This document shows, piece after piece, positions 43,491 through 51,672 of a stretch of 64,000 nucleotides of DNA; within the stretch, counting starts at the first letter, position 1; the number at the start of each line of letters is the position of its first letter. The notes beneath the pieces were generated by a model. The model had not been told where the DNA came from. It saw only the letters and a program-made list of their open reading frames with translations, and did no database searches. Both the position numbers and the translations under genes were made by a program. Location of the stretch: sequence record NC_048048.2; one strand, given 5' to 3'.

Positions 43491-46307
43491 GTGACCCTTA
43501 GTACCCTTAAGCCCCCCGTTTCGCCCTATCCCCACGAGGAGCGCGCCAAGCGTCGCGCCGGCGTGCGCCGCATGCGCAAGCTCGCCGAGGACATCCGCGA
43601 CGATCACGTCCGGGGCCGGGACCAGGACCCCCAGCGCGCCACCGCCGCCACCGCCATCACCGGCGTGTCCGAGCCCCGGCACCAAGTCGCCGTGCTGGAG
43701 CAGATCGCCGACAAAATCCAGACCGAGCACCTGGACAAGCTCTATCCGCTGGCGCGCGACGACTTCTCGGCCTTCTGCGAGGTCATCAGCCCCGAGGAGC
43801 CGCCCGAAAGCCCCTGGCACATCTGGCTGACAAATTTCCTGCAAGAGGTCGAGCTTTCGCCCGATCTCAACAAGGTCGTGCTCAACGTGCCGCCCGGCCA
43901 CGCCAAGCCCCTGCACGAGGACACCCTGGTGCTGATGGGCGATGGCGCCTATCGGCCGCTCAAGGACATCGCCGTCGGCGATACGGTCTGGACCCATGCC
44001 GGCCGCGCCCGCCCCGTCACCGCCGTCCACGAGCAGGGCAAGCTTTCCACCGTCGAGATCGTCACCGAGGCCGGCCGTATCGTGCGCGCCGCCCCCGACC
44101 ACCCGTTCCTGGTCAAGCTGGGGACCAGGGACGATGGGACCCCGATCGCCGAGTGGATCAACGCCGGCGACCTGCGGCCGGGCATGCCCGTGGTGCTCTC
44201 GGCCCACAAGCCGCCGAGCATTGAGCGCCTGCGCTATGACGGCGACCACACCACGCCCGAGACCTACGACAAGCACCTGCGCCGGGCCGAGGCGCTGGGC
44301 TACATGGCGCTGGGCGGCGCCCTGCACTGGCAGAAGTCCAAGACCCAGGTCACCCCCTCGCCGGACTTTAGGCTGTCGACCCACAAGCGCGCGCTGATGA
44401 AGCACATCGTCAAGCTGGTCAAGACCGGCCTTGGCCATCACATCAGCGTCTGCAAGGTCGCCTCCCAGAACACCTTCGTCGCGCGCCTGGGCGTCAAGGG
44501 CTTTCGCGATCTCAACGCCGGCGACTGGTTCACCTACGAGCCCGAAAAGCGCCGCGTCCCGCCGGTCATCTTCACGTCGAGCAAGGACGAGATCGCCGCC
44601 TTTCTGGGCGCGGCCTTCTCCCTGCGCGGCGAGGTCATCCGCCGGCTGCGCGGCAAGAACCTGCGCCTCTACCATCGCTCGATGGACCTGCTGCTGGACG
44701 TGCAGAAGTTGTGTGCGACGCTGGGGGCCACAGGAAGCCTCGACAGGGGCGATCCTGATTTTGGCGGCCGACCCTGCCTGAACCTCGACTTCGCCGCTGT
44801 GGAGGCCCTCCAGGCGGCCGGAGTGACCTTCGACGGCGAGACCGACATCGACCTCGTCAACCAGCCGCCCTTCACCATGCTGATCCCGCGTCCGAGCGAC
44901 ACCGACGCGGTCGTCTCGGTGCTGCCGGCCAAGAAGGCCCGCTGCCTGTGCCTGACCGTCGAGGAGGACCACAGCTTCACGGCCGAGACCCTGGTGGTCA
45001 AGAACTCCACCTACGCCTCGCGCCTGTTCGTGGCGTGGCGCCTGGGCCGCGATCCCAACCAGCGCATCATCGGCGGCGGCCACAGCCAGAACTTCGTCGA
45101 AAACGAGTTCTCGGCCAAAATCCGCAACATCGTCGAGAGCCCCGAGTTCCAGCGCGTCTTCCCCGGCATCACCGTCGACCACAAGACCAACGCCAAGCAG
45201 CAGTGGGCGATCGCCGGCTACAAGGGCCAGTACGTGGCGCGCGGCGTGGGCCAGGGCATCCACGGTTTCCGCGCCACCTTCATCTGCGTCGACGACCCCT
45301 ACTCCAAGATCGAGGACGCCAACAGCCCCGTCCACCGCCGCAAGGTCGAGCAGTGGTTCGACGCCGATATCGGCTCTCGCGCCCTGCCCAACTGCAAGAC
45401 CTTCCTCATCATGACCCGCTTCCATGGCGAGGATTTGACTAATCACCTGGAGGAGATGAATAAGGTCCTCCCCGACAATGCAAAGTGGAAGATCGTTACT
45501 GTTCCGGCGATCTGTTTTGATGAAGAGACTGATCTTCTAGGCCGCAAGATCGGGGAATTTTTGTGGGATTACTATCCGTTGTCCTACTTTGTTGACAAGA
45601 AGATTCAGTTTGGATTTTTGGGTTTCGCCCTCACCTACCAACAGGTGTCGTCTGCCGCAAATCCCGACAACATCGCCAGCAAGTTCAACTTCTACGATTT
45701 TCTGCCCCACGAGTCGCCTGAAGCCAAGGCCCGCGCGCCGCTCGACCAGTTCGGTCGGCCGCAGATTAACGAGAGTGATTTTTACCGGCGCACCATCGTC
45801 TCGGTCGACACCGCCTCCAAGACCACCGAACGGGCCGACTACACCGTCGTCCAGGTCTGGCGCGAGGATTTCAAGGGCAAGCACTATCTCGTCCATCAGG
45901 ATCGCCGGAAGGTTGAGTTCAACGATCTGATCTCGATGATCGAGGCGCCGGCCATCAAGTACCGGGCCGATCAAATCCTTGTCGAGGACAAGGGCTCGGG
46001 CACCCAGTACCTCCAGAACCGGGGCTCGACCGACAACCAGAAGCGTCAGGCCCCCTGCCCGCTGGTGGCGGTCAATCCGGGCGTGGCCGGCAAGAGCTTC
46101 CGCTTCGATGGGGTCACGCCGATGATCGAGGCCGGCGATGTCTGGCTGCCCAAGGACGCCCCCTGGATCGAGCAGCTTCTGGTCGAGGTGGGCCAGTTCC
46201 CCGACAGCGCCCACGATGACCAAGTCGACGCCATGAGCCAGTACCTCAACCACGCCAAGAAGAACCGCACCCGTTACGGCAGCCGCAAGATCACCAAGCA
46301 CACCTGA
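43491..46307 (+). CDS. terL: terminase large subunit with intein
   Basis: Walker A PPGHAK|STYAS split by intein; Walker B ICVDDP; IMTRFH; nuclease SVDTA, VEDKGSG, HDDQVDA. Confidence 0.92.
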   Translation: MTLSTLKPPVSPYPHEERAKRRAGVRRMRKLAEDIRDDHVRGRDQDPQRATAATAITGVSEPRHQVAVLEQIADKIQTEHLDKLYPLARDDFSAFCEVISPEEPPESPWHIWLTNFLQEVELSPDLNKVVLNVPPGHAKPLHEDTLVLMGDGAYRPLKDIAVGDTVWTHAGRARPVTAVHEQGKLSTVEIVTEAGRIVRAAPDHPFLVKLGTRDDGTPIAEWINAGDLRPGMPVVLSAHKPPSIERLRYDGDHTTPETYDKHLRRAEALGYMALGGALHWQKSKTQVTPSPDFRLSTHKRALMKHIVKLVKTGLGHHISVCKVASQNTFVARLGVKGFRDLNAGDWFTYEPEKRRVPPVIFTSSKDEIAAFLGAAFSLRGEVIRRLRGKNLRLYHRSMDLLLDVQKLCATLGATGSLDRGDPDFGGRPCLNLDFAAVEALQAAGVTFDGETDIDLVNQPPFTMLIPRPSDTDAVVSVLPAKKARCLCLTVEEDHSFTAETLVVKNSTYASRLFVAWRLGRDPNQRIIGGGHSQNFVENEFSAKIRNIVESPEFQRVFPGITVDHKTNAKQQWAIAGYKGQYVARGVGQGIHGFRATFICVDDPYSKIEDANSPVHRRKVEQWFDADIGSRALPNCKTFLIMTRFHGEDLTNHLEEMNKVLPDNAKWKIVTVPAICFDEETDLLGRKIGEFLWDYYPLSYFVDKKIQFGFLGFALTYQQVSSAANPDNIASKFNFYDFLPHESPEAKARAPLDQFGRPQINESDFYRRTIVSVDTASKTTERADYTVVQVWREDFKGKHYLVHQDRRKVEFNDLISMIEAPAIKYRADQILVEDKGSGTQYLQNRGSTDNQKRQAPCPLVAVNPGVAGKSFRFDGVTPMIEAGDVWLPKDAPWIEQLLVEVGQFPDSAHDDQVDAMSQYLNHAKKNRTRYGSRKITKHT
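43908..45005 (+). mobile_element. intein (366 aa) with degenerate LAGLIDADG domain, class 3-like
   Basis: PLHEDTLV (block A), AAPDHPF (B), RCLCLTVEEDHSF (F), LVVKN|S (G). Confidence 0.88.
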
Positions 46308-46747
46308 TGACCACCCTGGCTTACAAGGACGGCGTCCTGGCCGCCGACACCCGCATCTGCGACGGCACCCTGATGCTGGGCGTCTTCACCAAGATCAGGC
46401 GCATCGGCCCGGTCTTGACGGCCGGCTGCGGCAACGCCCAGGACGTGGCCAAGTTCAACGCCTGGGTCAGCAGCGGGATGGAGGGCGAGTTCAGTATGGG
46501 CGAAAGCGAGTGCTGGCTGATCGCCCCCGGCCAGCCTGTCCTGATCTACGAGAACGACACCTTCCTGCGCATCGACGCGCCGTTCTACGCCAGCGGCACG
46601 GGCGGCGAGATCGCCCGAGGCGCCATGGCGATGGGGGCCGACGCGGTCACGGCCGTGCGCCAAGCCATCCTCCACGACAGCGCCACAGGCCCGCCGATCG
46701 ACGTCCTCTACCTGGACGGCCGCCCCGGCGAGCGGCTGGCGGCCTGA
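46307..46747 (+). CDS. Ntn-hydrolase, proteasome beta/HslV-like peptidase
   Basis: M-TT...LAADTR, TKI, AGCG, ASGTGG. Confidence 0.75.
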   Translation: MTTLAYKDGVLAADTRICDGTLMLGVFTKIRRIGPVLTAGCGNAQDVAKFNAWVSSGMEGEFSMGESECWLIAPGQPVLIYENDTFLRIDAPFYASGTGGEIARGAMAMGADAVTAVRQAILHDSATGPPIDVLYLDGRPGERLAA

Positions 46748-46923
46748 TCCGCCCAAGACCACGATCGGCGACATCTTCAGACAGTCGCCGATCGTCGACT
46801 TTGCCCCCTGTGGGGCGCGTTAACCATGTTTGTTTACCCTCTTTGGCCCGTTAACCTTAATAAAATCCCTGGTAGTACCAAGTAGGACCGGCACTACCAG
46901 CGGTAATACCGGAGAAAACGCCC

Positions 46924-47487
46924 GTGTTTCGCTACATCGCTGCCCTTTTCGACCACATCGTCCACTACAAGCTCGCCCCCGCCCACCTGAAGGTGGAGAA
47001 CCAGGGCGCCCTGGAGCGGCTCCAGGCGGCCGATCGCCAGATCGAGGCCGGCGTCTATGCCGGCAGCGACGTGCGCGGCACCCGCGCCTACGCCTTCCAC
47101 CACATCCCGCCGCGCGAGCGCCTGATCGCCGCCAACAAGGGCCGCGACGTCACCAGCCTCACCCCGCGCCGCGAGCGTCGCCTGTCGGTGGCCGGCAAGA
47201 AGCCCTGGGAGCCGCTGCTGGTCACCGAGCCGCCGCGTGATCCCGAGGAACTGGCGCGCGAGCGCGAGGATGAGGCCCGTGCCCTGCGCGACAGCGCCGA
47301 GCATCTGGCCAAGCGCGCGGCCACGCGTCTGGCGCGCCAGCGGATGCGCGAACGCTACGCGCCTTATCGCAGCGCGGGTCAGGAGGTGCTGAGCAACGTC
47401 GGCCTGGACGCCACCTGGGTGCGGGCTGGCTATCAGCAGGCCATCGACGACGCCCATCCGATCGCCGAGACCCCGGACGAAGTCTAG
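46924..47487 (+). CDS. hypothetical protein
   Basis: GGAGA SD, GTG start. Confidence 0.7.
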   Translation: MFRYIAALFDHIVHYKLAPAHLKVENQGALERLQAADRQIEAGVYAGSDVRGTRAYAFHHIPPRERLIAANKGRDVTSLTPRRERRLSVAGKKPWEPLLVTEPPRDPEELAREREDEARALRDSAEHLAKRAATRLARQRMRERYAPYRSAGQEVLSNVGLDATWVRAGYQQAIDDAHPIAETPDEV

Positions 47488-47587
47488 GGACCCTCGTCCC
47501 AACCGCTCGGGGACCCGGCCGGAAAAAGGCCAGGGACCCTGGCGGAAAAACCTCCAGGGACCCTGCGCCAGACGAGCCAGGGACCCT
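47486..47587. repeat. five GGGACCC quasi-palindromes at 23-24 bp period
   Basis: centres at 47490, 47513, 47536, 47560, 47583. Confidence 0.85.
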
Positions 47588-47627
47588 GGCCAAAATCGCT
47601 TCCAACCCAGACGGAAATTCGTAAGCC

Positions 47628-47774
47628 ATGCCCCACGACCTCCTCGCCCTCGTCTATTTCACCCTGGCCAGCCTCCTGGCGCTCGCCATCCTCTTTGGCG
47701 AACTCGACTGGGATATCGACGGCCGCCGGGGCAGCCTCAAAGGCCCGCTCGCCCCGCCCGGTCCTAGTTCATAG
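47628..47774 (+). CDS. small TM peptide (48 aa)
   Basis: MPHDLLALVYFTLASLLALAILF. Confidence 0.5.
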   Translation: MPHDLLALVYFTLASLLALAILFGELDWDIDGRRGSLKGPLAPPGPSS

Positions 47775-48359
47775 TTTTCGTGACAACATTTGATTTCATT
47801 GGGCTTTTTGGCCTGCTGTCACGATTCAAAAGGTTTCACGCGTGCCCCGAGCCCTGCAAATCCACCCAAAATGGGCGATTTTGATCGATCTCGGGCTCTG
47901 GCTGATCGTCAGGATCATCGCATTGGTCCACAATGCGAGGCCGGAGGCCGGTGCGCCACCCACCAAAGCGTGAGACATGTCAAGCCCCCTGGCTTGGCGT
48001 GTCATAGTTTGTCCGAAAGGTGACAGGGCGGGCGCAAAAGAAATCCGGTTGACTCCGCAAACCCAGGCCAGACTTGACGTTGCGCCATTCTCCGCAGGTC
48101 TTGCGGCGATTGCCCAGGCTATTCTCCGCACGTGTCCGCAAAACCGCCTATGTGACGCCCTGCTTGACACGGCGGGGGCGCTGTGACACACAAAAGGCTC
48201 GGGCGTGCGCTCGGATGGAAAGCCCCGCTGTCGGCTTCACGCCAAGGCCTGGGTGGACCACCAGCGCTAGACCTGCCCGCCGGCGCCCTCGACCCCATGC
48301 GATCGCCGGCGGGACCCCACCGCCTTGGCCTGCCACACCCGGCGAGGACCCAGGGCGAG

Positions 48360-48397
48360 AAACGCCCACCAGAGCCCGCCGCCCTGGTGGGCGTTTT
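48360..48397 (+). terminator. intrinsic terminator
   Basis: AAACGCCCACCAG-N11-CTGGTGGGCGTTTT. Confidence 0.7.
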
Positions 48398-48411
48398 GGT
48401 GTCCGGGCCTG

Positions 48412-48602
48412 GACTTGACGTCGGCCCATTTCGCCGCCGACTTGACGCCGGATCATTTGCCCGGCCGACTTGACGCCAGCGCATTTCCCCCAGACTTGAC
48501 GCGAACGCATTTCGAATTTGACGCGAGCGCGTTTCCTTCCCAAATTTGACGCGAGTCCATTTCAAACTTGACTTGACGTCATTTCATTTCCTTGACCTGA
48601 CG
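48412..48602. repeat. ~8 tandem degenerate TTGACG-N6/7-CATTT units
   Basis: TTGACG at 48415, 48442, 48470, 48496, 48518, 48546, 48573; TTGACC 48592. Confidence 0.85.
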
Positions 48603-48622
48603 CCGTTCCGTTCCGCCGGGCC

Positions 48623-48848
48623 TTAAGGTTAACGGCGGATTAACCATACGGCGAGTAAGGTTAATTTTCAAGGTTAACGGGTAGGATGAACGAACGTGGT
48701 TAACGGGCCTTAAGGTTAAATCTTAAGGTTAACAGGCGTTAAGGTTAACGCTTAGGGTGAAAAATTAAGGTTAACGCGCCCGGCCGGACCGCCCAGGCCC
48801 TACCGGCGCCGTTAAGGTTAACGCCAGGGGTCGAATCGTTAAGGTTAA
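48623..48848. promoter_or_regulatory. dense CtrA-type site cluster
   Basis: 7 exact TTAAGGTTAA plus TTAA-cggcgga-TTAACCAT at 48629. Confidence 0.8.
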
Positions 48849-48853
48849 CACCC

Positions 48854-48970
48854 AAAAACAGCGAAAATCAGCAAAAATCGTCCAAAAACAGTGAAAATCA
48901 GCGAAAAATAGCGCTTTTCAGCCTGAAAATCGCAAAAAATCCGTGTTTTGGCCCATTTTTGGGTCATTTT
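48854..48970. other. phased A/T tracts (predicted intrinsic curvature)
   Basis: 12 A4-6/T4-5 tracts at ~10-bp spacing. Confidence 0.75.
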
Positions 48971-49039
48971 CGCGCTCTGACCCGCTTCTGGGCCAGCCCG
49001 AACGGGCGCCGGCCGGGTCGTGATCCCCCGGCCGGTGGG

Positions 49040-49102
49040 TCAGTGGAGAATCCAGAGCAACAGCGCCAGAGCCGCCAGTGACCAGCCGTTCAGCAATTTC
49101 AG
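49040..49102 (-). CDS. 20-aa hydrophobic peptide, copy 1 (CTG start)
   Basis: (L/M)KLLNGWSLAALALLLWILH; GAGAGG 7 nt upstream; homologous to 59365 and 63104. Confidence 0.55.
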   Translation of the reverse strand: MKLLNGWSLAALALLLWILH

Positions 49103-49188
49103 GTGTGCGCCTCTCTCGTCTGCCGTGGCCGCTCGCCACGCTTCCTTCATCGCATACAAGAAAACTGTTGCCAAGCCCCAAAGATCGC

Positions 49189-49216
49189 TTGACAGCATAA
49201 AAGCCCAATGCGACAA
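49189..49216 (+). promoter_or_regulatory. cassette promoter P1
   Basis: TTGACA-GCAT-N9-ATGC-GACAA. Confidence 0.8.
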
Positions 49217-49245
49217 GGGGACATCCAAACGGGAGACACCCCCCA

Positions 49246-49818
49246 ATGACCACCGAAACCCTCGACCTCCTCTATCCGGTCCTGATGCTGGAGCAGAAGA
49301 TTCCCCACCGCGAAGGCATGTTGCGGCTGGCCATCGTCCTGCGCGACTTCGGCCCCAAGGCGCCCCATCGCTACGTCACCCACCTGCGGGCTGAAAACCC
49401 CGTGCCGGGCTCTGACCACGCCTTCACCTACAGCTATGAGCATGGCACCTATTCGGCCGACCTGCGCCGCGCCCTGGCCGTCTATTTCGAGCGCGTCACC
49501 GAGCGGGTCATGACCGCCATGGTCGTGCTCCACGACCTGCCCGAGGTCGCGCCGCCGGCGCCGACCGTCACCGTGCCGCTCGAACTGGCCCAGACCGCCT
49601 ATGGCCTGATCGATGACAACGAACTGGACCTCTCCAAGGCCTGCGGCAACGTCACCTTGGTCGAGGCCGCCATTACCGGTCTGGCCGCCGTCCTGGGACC
49701 GCGCCGCTACTTCCGCGATGTCGAGGAAGGCAACGCCAAGCTTCTGGAGGCCTTCGAAGCCCAGCAAGCCGCGCGTGACGCGGCCCTAGAAGCCGAATCC
49801 GAAGAGGAAGAGGCCTAA
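49246..49818 (+). CDS. hypothetical protein
   Basis: GGGAGACACCCC leader. Confidence 0.75.
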   Translation: MTTETLDLLYPVLMLEQKIPHREGMLRLAIVLRDFGPKAPHRYVTHLRAENPVPGSDHAFTYSYEHGTYSADLRRALAVYFERVTERVMTAMVVLHDLPEVAPPAPTVTVPLELAQTAYGLIDDNELDLSKACGNVTLVEAAITGLAAVLGPRRYFRDVEEGNAKLLEAFEAQQAARDAALEAESEEEEA

Positions 49819-49850
49819 AAAGCCCGCCCAGGCCTCCCCGGCCTGGGCGT
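49817..49850. terminator. hairpin/terminator
   Basis: GCCCAGGCC-tcccc-GGCCTGGGC. Confidence 0.6.
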
Positions 49851-49867
49851 GAGCCCTCCAGGGGCCG

Positions 49868-49904
49868 TTAAGGTTAACGCCAGGGGCCGGGACGTTAAGG
49901 TTAA
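49868..49904. promoter_or_regulatory. two CtrA-type half-palindromes
   Basis: TTAAGGTTAA at 49868 and 49895. Confidence 0.65.
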
Positions 49905-49929
49905 GGCCGAAAATAGTGCGAGAAACCTG

Positions 49930-49958
49930 TTGACACGCATTGCGGCCCTATGCGAGAA
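49930..49958 (+). promoter_or_regulatory. cassette promoter P2
   Basis: TTGACA-CGCAT-N9-ATGCG-AGAA. Confidence 0.8.
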
Positions 49959-49988
49959 CAAGGCTCCACTTCATGAGGAGCGCCAAGC

Positions 49989-50615
49989 ATGGCCCTGCCC
50001 GATCACTTCCTGGTTTCCGTCGACGGCTCGCTCTATGACACGCGGGTGCAAGGCTGGAACCAAGCCGCGCCGCTGCGGATCAATTACCGGATCGTCAATC
50101 GCGACATCCACGGCATGAGCGAGGTCAAGGCCGCCTTGCGCTGCGGCGCCTTTACCGACATCGGCGGCTATCCGCTGTATTTCGTCACGCAGGACGGCCG
50201 CGCCCTGTCCTTCGACAGCGCCCGCAAGATGCTCTATCAGATCGCCGACGATTTCCAGCATGGCGCCTCGACCGGCTGGCGGATCACCGGCGCCCTCATC
50301 AACTACGAGGATCACGACCTCGTCTGCGATCACAGCGGCGAGAAGATTCCGGCCGCCTATGATCCGGTGCAATGGGCCGCAGGCTGCAATGTCTCGGGCT
50401 TCATGCCCGACAGCGAGCCTTCCCACCATGCGACCTGGGAAGAGGCCAAGGAAGACTTGCGCGCCCAGGTCGAACTGGCGCGCGAGCCCTACGAGATCGG
50501 TTCGGACGAGGACGACGCCCTAGCCCGCGTCGCCCGCGCCCTGGAGGCCCTTAAGGAAGGCCAAGAGCTTAACATGGGCGCCATCGGCTATCGCTGGTGG
50601 GTCGAACGCCTGTAA
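49989..50615 (+). CDS. hypothetical protein
   Basis: GAGGAG SD; GGYPLYF motif. Confidence 0.75.
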   Translation: MALPDHFLVSVDGSLYDTRVQGWNQAAPLRINYRIVNRDIHGMSEVKAALRCGAFTDIGGYPLYFVTQDGRALSFDSARKMLYQIADDFQHGASTGWRITGALINYEDHDLVCDHSGEKIPAAYDPVQWAAGCNVSGFMPDSEPSHHATWEEAKEDLRAQVELAREPYEIGSDEDDALARVARALEALKEGQELNMGAIGYRWWVERL

Positions 50616-50636
50616 ACCAAGGAAAGGACCCCTTCC

Positions 50637-50783
50637 ATGTTCATTCTCATCGTCGGCAATCCCAGCGACGGCTTCACTTATTACGGCCCCTTCGACGAGC
50701 ATGACGACGCCGTCACCTATGCCGAGGCGACCGGCACCGAGGGCAACCCCTGGTGGGTCGCGCCCCTGGAAGCGGCGGACTAG
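50637..50783 (+). CDS. hypothetical acidic protein (48 aa)
   Basis: AAGGA SD; not in ORF track. Confidence 0.7.
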   Translation: MFILIVGNPSDGFTYYGPFDEHDDAVTYAEATGTEGNPWWVAPLEAAD

Positions 50784-50789
50784 CCCGTC

Positions 50790-50924
50790 ATGACCGCTCT
50801 CGAAAAGCGCGGCTACAAGGCCGCCCAGGCGGGCGTCAAGTGGTGGAACAACCCCCACCCCAGCGGCTCCCCGGCCGCCTATCAGTGGGACAAGGGCCAC
50901 ACCCGCCACCGCCTCGGACGCTAG
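50790..50924 (+). CDS. Rmf/CrpP-fold-like small protein (44 aa)
   Basis: LEKRGYKAAQAG...NPH...QWDKGH. Confidence 0.55.
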   Translation: MTALEKRGYKAAQAGVKWWNNPHPSGSPAAYQWDKGHTRHRLGR

Positions 50925-50927
50925 CCG

Positions 50928-50953
50928 AGCCCAGGCCTTCGCGCCTGGGCTTT
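50928..50953 (+). terminator. intrinsic terminator
   Basis: AGCCCAGGC-N6-GCCTGGGCT-TT. Confidence 0.65.
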
Positions 50954-51004
50954 GCCCGCCCCCTGGGCGTTAAGGTTAAGGCCGAAAATAGTTCAAGAAA
51001 CCTG

Positions 51005-51033
51005 TTGACACGCATCAGGCTCCCATGCGAGAA
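51005..51033 (+). promoter_or_regulatory. cassette promoter P3
   Basis: consensus match; TTAAGGTTAA at 50970. Confidence 0.8.
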
Positions 51034-51103
51034 CAGGATCAGACGAAACGACAAGACCACAAAGGAGGCCGCCATGAAGTAGCGACAATCTGGAGCACAA
51101 CTC

Positions 51104-51490
51104 ATGGAATTCTTCGTCCGCACCACGCTGGTCAGCATCGCCCGCCACTGGGAGGACGGCGCCGACGTGATCGCCACCTGCTATTGCGTCTGTGTCGAGT
51201 ACCCGGACGGCGCCCGCTATGTCCACGACTATCAGCCGGTCGACCGCTATGTCAGCGCCGACGACGAAGGCGAGCCCATCTATCCCTGGCGGGACGGCGA
51301 GGCCATCAAGGCCAAGCTGGACGCCTTGCGCGATGAGATCGCCGCCCACGTCGCCGCTGGCGGGAGCCTCGATCCTGGCCACTGGTTCGAGGTCGATCCG
51401 CGCTACGGCTCCCCGGCCTATATGGGCCTGGACGCCTTCGGGTTCTTCCGGGCGCGCGAAAAGCAAGAGGCCGCCGAGCGCGGCGACTGA
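51104..51490 (+). CDS. hypothetical protein
   Basis: GGAG SD. Confidence 0.75.
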   Translation: MEFFVRTTLVSIARHWEDGADVIATCYCVCVEYPDGARYVHDYQPVDRYVSADDEGEPIYPWRDGEAIKAKLDALRDEIAAHVAAGGSLDPGHWFEVDPRYGSPAYMGLDAFGFFRAREKQEAAERGD

Positions 51491-51495
51491 CACCC

Positions 51496-51525
51496 AAAAG
51501 GCCCGCCCATCCGGCGGGCCTTTTT
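51496..51525 (+). terminator. intrinsic terminator
   Basis: AAAAGGCCCGCC-N5-GGCGGGCCTTTTT. Confidence 0.85.
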
Positions 51526-51544
51526 CCTTGACCACCGCCTGGGG

Positions 51545-51571
51545 TTAACCTTAAGGCCGCGTTAAGGTTAA
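51545..51571. promoter_or_regulatory. extended CtrA palindrome
   Basis: TTAACCTTAA-N7-TTAAGGTTAA. Confidence 0.8.
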
Positions 51572-51607
51572 GCCCGCCCAGGCCCGTAAAAAGATGCAAG
51601 AAACCTG

Positions 51608-51636
51608 TTGACACGCATGGAAGGCCTATGCGAGAA
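51608..51636 (+). promoter_or_regulatory. cassette promoter P4
   Basis: consensus match. Confidence 0.8.
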
Positions 51637-51672
51637 CAGGGCTCAACACCAACGCCAGCCGGGAGACACCCC

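Noticed and set aside
44200-44800. Active homing endonuclease in the intein
   Set aside because: Both LAGLIDADG motifs lack the acidic catalytic residues; probably inactive (not tested)
48412-48848. CRISPR array in terminal gap
   Set aside because: Degenerate short units without constant-length unique spacers
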